Shown here one piece after another: positions 25,475-32,000 of a stretch of DNA of 32,000 nt. The stretch's first letter is position 1, and each line of letters starts with the position of its first letter. Source of the DNA: Bacteroidota bacterium. GTDB taxonomy: Bacteria; Bacteroidota; Bacteroidia; Chitinophagales; Saprospiraceae. Position numbers and translations under genes: made by a program. Location: NCBI GenBank assembly GCA_039816955.1, contig JBCBWU010000026.1:4089-36088 (forward strand), read 5' to 3'. Under the pieces are notes generated by a model, which worked only from the letters and a program-made list of their open reading frames with translations, searched no databases and was not told where the DNA came from.

Positions 25475-27337
25475 TTATTTTCCAATACAAAACTTCCCAA
25501 AAATATTTCCCAACAACTCATCCGTACTGATCTCCCCAGTGATCTCCCCGAGGTGATGCAAAGACCGCCGGATATCCATGGCGATAAAGTCAGAGGTAAT
25601 ACCACTATCCATTCCGGTGAGCACTGCATCCAGTGCTTCATAAGACTTCTCCAGCGCTTCGTAGTGGCGGGCATTACTCACAATGGTGCTATCTGTATTT
25701 ACTTTTTCGGAGACGACGGCCTCGTACAGTTTTTCTTTGAGGTAAGGCACATTCATGCCTTCTTTGGCGATGAGGGGAACCCAGGCATTCGGCTCAACCC
25801 CTAGCCCCTTCTCGCGAGAAGGGGTATCTGTGTGCTGCGGGAGTAGGGCTTGGCGTATCTGCTCAATCACACTCGCCAAATCATCGTAAATATCTTCGTT
25901 ACGGAACCGCAGCACTTGGTAACCCATCTCTTCTAATACCTCAGTCCTTTCTTCGTCCTTTAGTTTTACCTCAGGAAGCTGATGGTACCCGCCATCAATT
26001 TCTAGAATCAGTTTACGATCCAAACAGACAAAATCAGGAATAAAATGCCCAATCACATGCTGGCGCCGGAATTCACACCCCTCAATCTGCCGCTTTCTAA
26101 TATGTGGCCAAAGCTCCGCCTCCGCCTGCGTCGGATTATTTCGCAATTCCCTGGCCCTCTCTTTAAGTATGGAGTAGGTGTTTCGATCTGCAGTCAACCA
26201 CTTCCCAAGCGTAGTAGGAGCGCTTGCGCTACCTGCAATCTCCCCTCCTTGAGAGGAGGGGCCAGGGGAGGAGCGAAAATACTGCTCATACTTCGTATAC
26301 GGATTCAAATCCATCTTATTCGCCACTACCAACACGTGCATCCCTTCCTGCACTAGCTTGTTCAAATCTGCCCGTACTTCTTCCGGGGAGGTTTCAATGA
26401 CATCAAAGACGTACACCAGGAGGCTACTTTGCCGTACCTTCTCTAGCGTCTTCTCCACGCCGATGGCTTCAATGGTGTCTTCTGCTTCGCGAATACCGGC
26501 CGTATCGATGAGGCGGAACTGGATGCCTTCGATATTCAGGATTTCTTCAATGGTGTCGCGGGTGGTGCCGGCGATATCACTAACGATGGCACGTTCTTCG
26601 TTGAGCAGTGCGTTGAGGAGGGTGCTTTTGCCGGCATTGGGCCGACCAGCGATGACCGTACTTACTCCTTGCTTGATAACATTGCCGAGCTGAAAACTGT
26701 GAATCAACTGCCGGAGTACCCGTTGTATTTTTTCTACCAGCTGGCGTAAGTCGTCCCGGTTGGCAAATTCTACGTCTTCTTCACCAAAATCTAGTTCCAG
26801 TTCAATCAAGCTGGCAAAGTCGACTAGTTGCTGGCGGAGGGCAGCAATTTCATCACTGAAGCCACCGCGCATTTGTTGCATAGCCAAATCATGACTGCCG
26901 GCGGAGGAAGAGGCAATCAAATCCGCCACTGCTTCAGCCTGACTCAGGTCCATACGGCCGTTGAGGAAGGCGCGCATCGTAAATTCCCCGGCTTGGGCCA
27001 AACGTGCACCTTGGCGAATAAAGAGCCTGATGATCTCCTGGATGATATAATCGCTCCCGTGACAGCTTACCTCCACAACGTTTTCGCCGGTGTAGGATTT
27101 TGGACCTACAAAAAGGGTGACCAGTACCTCGTCTAGTATCTTGTCCTTCTCATCGCGGATGGTGCCGAAATGTACGGTGTGGGTGGCTTGCTGACTAAGG
27201 TCTTTGCCGCGGAATACACCGTTCACAATACTAATAGCCTTCGGGCCGGATAGGCGAATTACTCCAATTGCGCCCACTCCTTGCGGAGTAGCCAAGGCTA
27301 CAATCGTATCTGCTAAATTATGTGCGTTATAAGCCAT
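25475..27337 (-). CDS. mnmE: tRNA modification GTPase MnmE carrying an in-frame ~157-aa DUF559 endonuclease-domain insertion
   Basis: MnmE hallmarks are present. The N-terminal domain reads DTIVALATPQG.GAIGVIRLSG. The GTPase motifs are G1 GRPNAGKST, G2 region GTTRD, G3 DTAG and G4 NKMD. The C-terminal tetrapeptide motif is FCIGK. The length is 620 aa against about 454 aa for E. coli MnmE, and the excess lies between G4 and the G5-region LIAKEG. Confidence 0.9.
   Translation of the reverse strand: MAYNAHNLADTIVALATPQGVGAIGVIRLSGPKAISIVNGVFRGKDLSQQATHTVHFGTIRDEKDKILDEVLVTLFVGPKSYTGENVVEVSCHGSDYIIQEIIRLFIRQGARLAQAGEFTMRAFLNGRMDLSQAEAVADLIASSSAGSHDLAMQQMRGGFSDEIAALRQQLVDFASLIELELDFGEEDVEFANRDDLRQLVEKIQRVLRQLIHSFQLGNVIKQGVSTVIAGRPNAGKSTLLNALLNEERAIVSDIAGTTRDTIEEILNIEGIQFRLIDTAGIREAEDTIEAIGVEKTLEKVRQSSLLVYVFDVIETSPEEVRADLNKLVQEGMHVLVVANKMDLNPYTKYEQYFRSSPGPSSQGGEIAGSASAPTTLGKWLTADRNTYSILKERARELRNNPTQAEAELWPHIRKRQIEGCEFRRQHVIGHFIPDFVCLDRKLILEIDGGYHQLPEVKLKDEERTEVLEEMGYQVLRFRNEDIYDDLASVIEQIRQALLPQHTDTPSREKGLGVEPNAWVPLIAKEGMNVPYLKEKLYEAVVSEKVNTDSTIVSNARHYEALEKSYEALDAVLTGMDSGITSDFIAMDIRRSLHHLGEITGEISTDELLGNIFGKFCIGK
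25798..25824. repeat. terminal inverted repeat (promoter-distal end), containing a 10+10 palindrome
   Basis: The sequence is CCCCTAGCCCCTTCTCGCGAGAAGGGG. Its internal perfect palindrome ccccttctcg/cgagaagggg is at 25805-25824. It matches the reverse complement of 26242-26268 at 22 of 27 positions. Confidence 0.7.
26242..26268. repeat. terminal inverted repeat (promoter-proximal end), containing a 7-bp hairpin
   Basis: The sequence is CCCCTCCTTGAGAGGAGGGGCCAGGGG. Its internal hairpin is cccctcc (26242-26248) / ggagggg (26255-26261). It is the inverted partner of 25798-25824. Confidence 0.7.
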
Positions 27338-28104
27338 TATTCCTCAAATATGCGCTCTACCAGTGTGGGGTCCATTACAAAAGGGTTGGCCTTGCCATCT
27401 TGGTAGCGTCCTATCGACTGGCTGCGCTCTATTTCCCATTGATCGGGTGGGTCAAGAACGTGCCAATAGCGTAGTGTAAACAACTGATCGCTCAAAAAGC
27501 TTACTTCTACCTGATCATTGTACATCACGTATACGTAAAACATGGCGCGCGCCACGTCTCCTTTCTTGTCTTCCGGAGGCTCAAAGTAGCCTTGACCTAG
27601 TTCACTATAGCGATCGCGAACATCTGCTGTCGGAACGCGCCGCAGGTTTTGTTGACGGTAGTACCAGTGGGTAGCCTGCTCATCATCTACCTCGCCGAAG
27701 GGGTGATTACCACGCGCTTGGTTTACGCTGGCTAGTACAGCAAATAAATGATGCATGTCGCTTTTGGCATTTCCCTGTTTGGTGCCTTTGCTTTGTGGCC
27801 AAATGTGCTCACAGTTCATGCCGGTATCAGCGCCATCGTCAAAAATATACTTGGTAGGATCGTGCCGGTCTGATAAGTGATGGGCATAGCCAGTGTAAGG
27901 GCAGTAGATACTGTCTTGCTGGCGGTCGATGAGTGCATAAAGCGTATCGCGCGCCTGGCCATAGCTCAATACCGTTCTGGGGCGATAGGCTTCTTGTAGT
28001 GCTATCGCTAATTCGGTGCCACGGAGGTTCGAAAAAATTGTTCCGTCCTGTGCCACAACAGGTTTGGTTAACACGATAAGGAGGATACACCAAAGTGCTC
28101 GCAT
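27337..28104 (-). CDS. endonuclease I family extracellular/periplasmic nuclease
   Basis: It shows the CEHIWPQSKG and DMHHLFAVLASVNQARGNHPFG motifs typical of the Endonuclease_1 (EndA/Vvn-like) family. The signal peptide MRALWCILLIVLTKPVVAQ begins at 28104, while the ORF-track start at 28149 would overlap the MFS gene. Its stop overlaps the mnmE ATG (TAATG). Confidence 0.75.
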   Translation of the reverse strand: MRALWCILLIVLTKPVVAQDGTIFSNLRGTELAIALQEAYRPRTVLSYGQARDTLYALIDRQQDSIYCPYTGYAHHLSDRHDPTKYIFDDGADTGMNCEHIWPQSKGTKQGNAKSDMHHLFAVLASVNQARGNHPFGEVDDEQATHWYYRQQNLRRVPTADVRDRYSELGQGYFEPPEDKKGDVARAMFYVYVMYNDQVEVSFLSDQLFTLRYWHVLDPPDQWEIERSQSIGRYQDGKANPFVMDPTLVERIFEE

Positions 28105-28105
28105 C

Positions 28106-29338
28106 TTAGCTTTTTTCTTTTTGACGACCGAAAAATATAATGAATACAATCCAGCCCGCTAGAACCAATCCACTACCCACGATGATCGGCAGGCTACTAA
28201 AGAAAGTGATCAGATAACCGCCTACCAGTGAAGGGATCAATTGCCCTAAAGACTGCATGGATTGATTGATTCCTAATATCTCTCCCTGCTGATCTTCGTT
28301 CGCCTGCATGGAAATTGTAGCAGTTAGGTTAGGAGAGGTGATGCCTTGTGCAACGGCAATTAAAGGATTAAGCATATATAATCCCAAGGTGGTATCTGGT
28401 AGCAATACAAAAACAAGGGAAGCACTTAACGCCAGTATACTGTAAGTGAGAATACGCTGTGGCGGAAAACGTTTTCCCAAGAAGCGTACGAGTACACCTT
28501 GGGTAAGAGCTAACCAAATCCCTACCCAGCCAAAAAGAAAGCCGATGTCTTTTTCCGAATACGAAAAATCTTGGATCAGGTATACCGAATAAAACTGTGT
28601 AAAGAAGGTAAAACCAAGGGAGAGTAGTAAAACTACAATGAAGATCCGTCGCAAGTTAGGGGTGCCAAAAGAGATCGCCAGATTGCGAAAGCCCGTAAAT
28701 GGATTAACCGCCACTGTTCGTCGCTGCTTGAGCGTTTCAGGGAAGGCGTAAATAATAAACAGCACATTAAATGCTGTCAAAATCGCAGTAAACCAGAAGG
28801 GAGTGGAGGCGGTAAACCAGGATACAATGCTTTCGTCGGCTAAAACTCCGCCTAGAGTGGGGCCTAGAATAAAACCGATACCAAATGCCATTCCTACTAG
28901 CCCAAAATTGCGCGCCTTGTCTTTATCATTGCTCACATCTGCGATGCTAGATAGAATAACGGCGATATTCCCCCCCGTAAAACCAGGAATCATGCGGGAG
29001 ATAAATAACAATGGAATATTCTGCCAAAGGATGGCCACCGCTAGCAAAAGATAGCCGAGTAAAGTGCCGGCCTGGGTAACAAGTAGAACCGGTTTTCGAC
29101 CATAACGATCGGACAGACTTCCCAACATCGGGGCCCCAAAGAACTGCATTAGGGGAAACACCCCTAGTAATGCACCATACAGGAAGGAACGTTCCGACTC
29201 AGACATAGTGAGGGGAACAATACTGGTTTCGGGTTCAAAAAATAAAGCGGGGAGAACAGGAATGATAATTCCTACTCCAAGCATATCAATGAATACCGTC
29301 AGGAAAATGGTAAAGAGTGGCGAACGAGAGTTCTTCAT
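28106..29338 (-). CDS. MFS transporter (drug:H+ antiporter / TCR-Tet-like)
   Basis: 410 aa with about 12 hydrophobic segments. MFS motif A reads GSLSDRYGRKPVLL after TM2, and the N-terminus FLTVFIDMLGVGIIIPVLP is typical of Tet-like MFS proteins. Confidence 0.85.
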   Translation of the reverse strand: MKNSRSPLFTIFLTVFIDMLGVGIIIPVLPALFFEPETSIVPLTMSESERSFLYGALLGVFPLMQFFGAPMLGSLSDRYGRKPVLLVTQAGTLLGYLLLAVAILWQNIPLLFISRMIPGFTGGNIAVILSSIADVSNDKDKARNFGLVGMAFGIGFILGPTLGGVLADESIVSWFTASTPFWFTAILTAFNVLFIIYAFPETLKQRRTVAVNPFTGFRNLAISFGTPNLRRIFIVVLLLSLGFTFFTQFYSVYLIQDFSYSEKDIGFLFGWVGIWLALTQGVLVRFLGKRFPPQRILTYSILALSASLVFVLLPDTTLGLYMLNPLIAVAQGITSPNLTATISMQANEDQQGEILGINQSMQSLGQLIPSLVGGYLITFFSSLPIIVGSGLVLAGWIVFIIFFGRQKEKS

Positions 29339-29347
29339 GCACCCACT

Positions 29348-30643
29348 TTAGTCTTTTGTTTTTCGACTCATTACACGCACCAAAGGTAACAACCAATTTG
29401 GAGCTCCGGCTAACAAATCTTGCCACTGGAGCAATAGTATAGCACGTTGCCGTGGCCATTCGCGTTTCCACCAAACGATGGCCATGCGGTACTGTCGTTT
29501 AAACCAGTTCGGTATTTGTCCGTACCAAATTTGGCGCAAGGGCTCAATGTGCCGGATGAGCATAATGTGCGCAAAAACGAAGACGACTGCTCCAATGATA
29601 CAAGGAACAGGAGCCAGGGTACGATAGCCGATTGTTTGTGATAAGCCCAACCCTAGCCAGGTGCCATATAGAATGATATAGTGCACCCCGTAAATAGTAA
29701 GTGTCTCACCACCAATCTTAGTAATCAGGCTGGGAATCTTACCAATACGAGGAATACTCCACATAAAAATGGCCATTACAATAAATACGTGGCCGAGCCG
29801 CCAGAATAAGTAGTTGTTGTTGAAAAGTACTGGTAAGTACTCCCATCCGGTCAACTCATACAAGTTGACCAGCATCTGCCAGGAACCTATGGTCAGCGTG
29901 ATACCAAAAGCCAACAGCAAGATGGGCATCAAATGCGAGAAGGCCCACTGTGGGCGCTTATTGATTATGGCACCTATAGCACCGCCGAAAAAGGCAAAGC
30001 CTAACCAAGGGACTATGGTAAAGTTAGAACCAAAGTCACGAGTGAGGTAATGGGCAAAGAAACGTGGTGTTTCTGCCCAGCTGTTTTCGGTGAAAAAAGG
30101 ATCAATTAAAAAAGTACCCGCACCGAAGGCCAGCATCCAGACTACCAGTGATCCACCGATGAATTCTCGAAGCGCACAGATTGCAATCAGCCCAATGAGT
30201 GCTAAGCCAATAATGTGAAGGACATCAATGGCTAAAATCCAAGGGCTCAGATAGCCCACCAGTAAGGCCGGAAAGTTGACCTTGAGGAGATAGCCGATGT
30301 ATAAGAGGAAGAAGCCGCGGCGAATACCTTTTTTCATGCGCGTGTTTTCCCGCATGGGGCGACCATCGCGTAAGAGCAAAAACACAAACACCAGACCCGT
30401 TACCGTAAAAAAGATGGGGGCGGTCATCCCGCGCATAAAGGACCACACATAGTACAGTGTCGACTCTGGATTGCGGAACTGCTCCGCCAGTAGTGTGTCC
30501 ACAAAGTGCCCTTGCAACATCATCAAGATGGCGTAGGCGCGCAACACATCAATGAATACTATTCGTCCGGCTTTGGGGGCCTTAGCTACGGTTTGATCCA
30601 AGGTTTGCAATGGCTTGAAAAGTGGATAATCAACCCTCAGCAT
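29348..30643 (-). CDS. DUF1624 / heparan-alpha-glucosaminide N-acetyltransferase-like membrane acyltransferase
   Basis: 431-aa polytopic membrane protein. The N-terminal RIVFIDVLRAYAILMMLQGHF matches the conserved R..D.lRg.a...M...H opening motif of the DUF1624 family. Confidence 0.65.
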   Translation of the reverse strand: MLRVDYPLFKPLQTLDQTVAKAPKAGRIVFIDVLRAYAILMMLQGHFVDTLLAEQFRNPESTLYYVWSFMRGMTAPIFFTVTGLVFVFLLLRDGRPMRENTRMKKGIRRGFFLLYIGYLLKVNFPALLVGYLSPWILAIDVLHIIGLALIGLIAICALREFIGGSLVVWMLAFGAGTFLIDPFFTENSWAETPRFFAHYLTRDFGSNFTIVPWLGFAFFGGAIGAIINKRPQWAFSHLMPILLLAFGITLTIGSWQMLVNLYELTGWEYLPVLFNNNYLFWRLGHVFIVMAIFMWSIPRIGKIPSLITKIGGETLTIYGVHYIILYGTWLGLGLSQTIGYRTLAPVPCIIGAVVFVFAHIMLIRHIEPLRQIWYGQIPNWFKRQYRMAIVWWKREWPRQRAILLLQWQDLLAGAPNWLLPLVRVMSRKTKD

Positions 30644-31158
30644 ACCAGCTGCTGGTTGTAACAGTACTAATTGGTCTTATCGGGTAGAGGTAAACTGGAG
30701 ATAGTGTGGAATTATAGAATGAAAGCTAGCATTCTATAACCGATGCAAAGGTAAGGCAAAATTATATGGGATGCACCTAATTTTTTGATTTTCAGGGCTT
30801 ACGCACCATTATAGCCAGTGTTGCCAAAAAATATTTGCCGCTCTAGGCAATAGACCGAAAGGCAAATCGTTTTTCTATCATCCTAGCAAACATAAATTTC
30901 CGCTTTTTATAGCATCGAATTTTTTACTTTGTTTTTCACTGAGTAAGCTACACCAAATAACATCAGCGATTGTACAATGCTAAGGCGTAGTCCGCTGTTG
31001 TGCTACATGCTCAGAGGTGGTAGTCGTACGTGTAAACAAAGAATAATATCCCCAAAAGACCGGTCGATGGAATCATTATCGACCACACCCTAAAACGAAC
31101 ATACTTTTTAAAAGTATACACGAGGTACAAACCATTGAGAGAGTAGTTTGAATCATCA

Positions 31159-31201
31159 GCAGCAGGCGCAATTCAGAGGAATAGCCCTGCTGCCTTTTTT
31201 T
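31159..31201 (+). terminator. rho-independent terminator with no annotated upstream gene (orphan, or a leader attenuator)
   Basis: Stem gcagcagg (31159-31166) / cctgctgc (31086+100 = 31186-31193), plus an inner gc/gc pair. It is followed by c and T7 (31195-31201) and sits 80 nt upstream of the DUF937 start codon. Confidence 0.6.
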
Positions 31202-31281
31202 GTGCTAGCTCAAAAAAATTCTATCTTACGTATGACTTTTTTGTAGAACCTACGTCCTATAAGCAAAATAATAACTTACAC

Positions 31282-31899
31282 ATGGATTTATCTAGCCTCA
31301 TTCAAGGCCAAGTATCAGAAGCATTAATTGATCAATTGGCTGGCCAACTAGGTGGTGCCGACCGCGGGCAAACTGCTGCTGCTACATCTGGCATTCTTTC
31401 AACCCTATTAGGTGCTATGGCACGTAATGCCTCTACACCTGATGGTGCTACTGCATTGAACAACGCACTGGAGCGTGACCACGATGGCAGTATTCTTGAT
31501 GATGTAATGGGGATGGTAACCGGACAAAATTCTGCCGCCAGTGCGCGTACCACTAACGGTTCAGGCATTCTAGGCCACATTCTAGGCAACCGCCAGAGCG
31601 GTGCTGTTGATATGATTAGCAAAATGAGCGGTCTTGACTCAGGTCAAACTGGCAACTTGATGGCCATGCTAGCACCTATGGTAATGGGTATGCTAGGTAA
31701 GGCTAAGCAACAGAACGGTTTGGATGCTGGAGGGATCTCCGATCTGCTTGGTGGCTTCGCTAAGCAAGAGCAAGCGCAGAACCCTGCTATGAGCTTGATC
31801 ACTGGCTTCTTGGATGCCGACGGTGATGGTAGCATCATTGACGACGTTGCAGGTATGTTGGGCAAGGGCCTTTTGGGTGGCTTGTTCAAGCGTCGCTAG
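31282..31899 (+). CDS. DUF937 domain-containing protein
   Basis: 205-aa Gly/Ala/Leu-rich protein with repeated ...DGSI(L/I)DDV(M/A)GM... motifs. The opening LIDQLAGQLG..AAATSGILSTLLGAMARN is characteristic of DUF937 proteins. Confidence 0.7.
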   Translation: MDLSSLIQGQVSEALIDQLAGQLGGADRGQTAAATSGILSTLLGAMARNASTPDGATALNNALERDHDGSILDDVMGMVTGQNSAASARTTNGSGILGHILGNRQSGAVDMISKMSGLDSGQTGNLMAMLAPMVMGMLGKAKQQNGLDAGGISDLLGGFAKQEQAQNPAMSLITGFLDADGDGSIIDDVAGMLGKGLLGGLFKRR

Positions 31900-31936
31900 A
31901 ACTGAAAAGATAGGTCTTTGGGCCTGACACATAAAG

Positions 31937-31972
31937 AGCCGGAAGGGAATGATATTCCTCTTCCGGCTTTTT
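31937..31972 (+). terminator. rho-independent terminator of the DUF937 gene
   Basis: Stem agccggaag (31937-31945) / cttccggct (31960-31968) with nested ggaat/attcc. It is followed by a T-run through 31972. Confidence 0.8.
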
Positions 31973-32000
31973 AGTTAGAATGAAACCAGGCAATCAAAAT

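Larger units (their letters stand above)
25798..26268 (-). mobile_element. putative miniature TIR-bounded element encoding a DUF559 (Vsr-like PD-(D/E)xK) endonuclease module, inserted in-frame in mnmE
   Basis: The 471-bp span (3 x 157) is bounded by imperfect 27-nt inverted repeats. The interior translates in the mnmE frame as ARELRNNPTQAEAELWPHIRKRQIEGCEFRRQHVIGHFIPDFVCLDRKLILEIDGGYHQ..DEERTEVLEEMGYQVLRFRNEDI, the DUF559 consensus pattern. It has no start or stop codon of its own. Confidence 0.6.

Noticed and set aside
25798-26268. Intein interpretation of the mnmE insertion
   Set aside because: The boundaries lack intein signatures. There is no Cys/Ser/Thr nucleophile context at the N-junction, no His-Asn plus Cys/Ser/Thr at the C-junction (the sequence is ..VEPN-AWV), and no recognisable splicing blocks. 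The interior is a DUF559 fold, not a Hint domain.
25798-26268. Group I/II intron carrying a homing endonuclease inside mnmE
   Set aside because: The reading frame is continuous through the whole segment with no stop codons. The segment is only 471 bp and lacks room for a ribozyme core in addition to the ~110-aa domain. This cannot be fully excluded without RNA data.
27337-28104. A functional link between the endonuclease I gene and the DUF559 nuclease insert in the adjacent mnmE
   Set aside because: The folds are different and so are the compartments: a signal-peptide secreted nuclease versus a cytoplasmic GTPase insert. Adjacency alone is not evidence.
30977-31093. A 39-codon plus-strand ORF (MLRRSPLLCYMLRGGSRTCKQRIISPKDRSMESLSTTP) upstream of the orphan terminator
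   Set aside because: There is no recognisable motif, no hydrophobic or amphipathic pattern, and the composition is atypical. It is kept only as a note under the intergenic finding.
1-32000. A search for tRNA, rRNA, CRISPR arrays, transposases/integrases and recognisable defence-system genes
   Set aside because: I found no T-arm/GTTCGAATC-type motifs, no rRNA-like segments, no regularly spaced direct repeats, and no transposase, integrase, restriction, Cas or toxin-antitoxin signatures by eye. Apart from the mnmE insert, the window is housekeeping or accessory metabolism.

Overview
This window looks like a chromosomal, mostly housekeeping segment from a Bacteroidota-type genome. Supporting signs are a T9SS C-terminal sorting domain, a TAnnTTTG-type promoter box, DUF3857/transglutaminase proteins and a relA-fur-purA arrangement. 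About 26 genes are supportable. They include a GH20 hexosaminidase, a PlsC-like acyltransferase, purA, a STAS protein, fur, relA/spoT, two amidohydrolases, and two DUF3857 proteins. Also present are a PcrB/GGGPS-family prenyltransferase with a VWA protein, an MDR oxidoreductase, hsp20, tdh/kbl, mnmE, endonuclease I, an MFS transporter, a DUF1624 membrane acyltransferase and a DUF937 protein. I found no rRNA, tRNA, CRISPR array or classical IS/transposase. The most unusual feature is in mnmE. A complete DUF559 (Vsr-like) endonuclease module is inserted in-frame between the G4 and G5 motifs of the GTPase domain. It spans 471 bp (3 x 157) and is bounded by about 27-nt imperfect terminal inverted repeats, each containing its own GC-rich hairpin. 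This looks like a small mobile element that lives as a protein insertion. Secondary leads are listed below:
- a roughly 400-nt densely structured non-coding stretch ending in a strong intrinsic terminator downstream of hsp20
- an orphan terminator in a 640-bp intergenic region upstream of the DUF937 gene
- a translationally coupled GGGPS-VWA-(leaderless T9SS-CTD protein) trio
- a tandem pair of unclassifiable secreted paralogs that differ by a (Gly-Tyr)4 repeat
- active and degenerate transglutaminase-like paralogs
- three amidohydrolase modules, of which only one keeps the HxH metal motif
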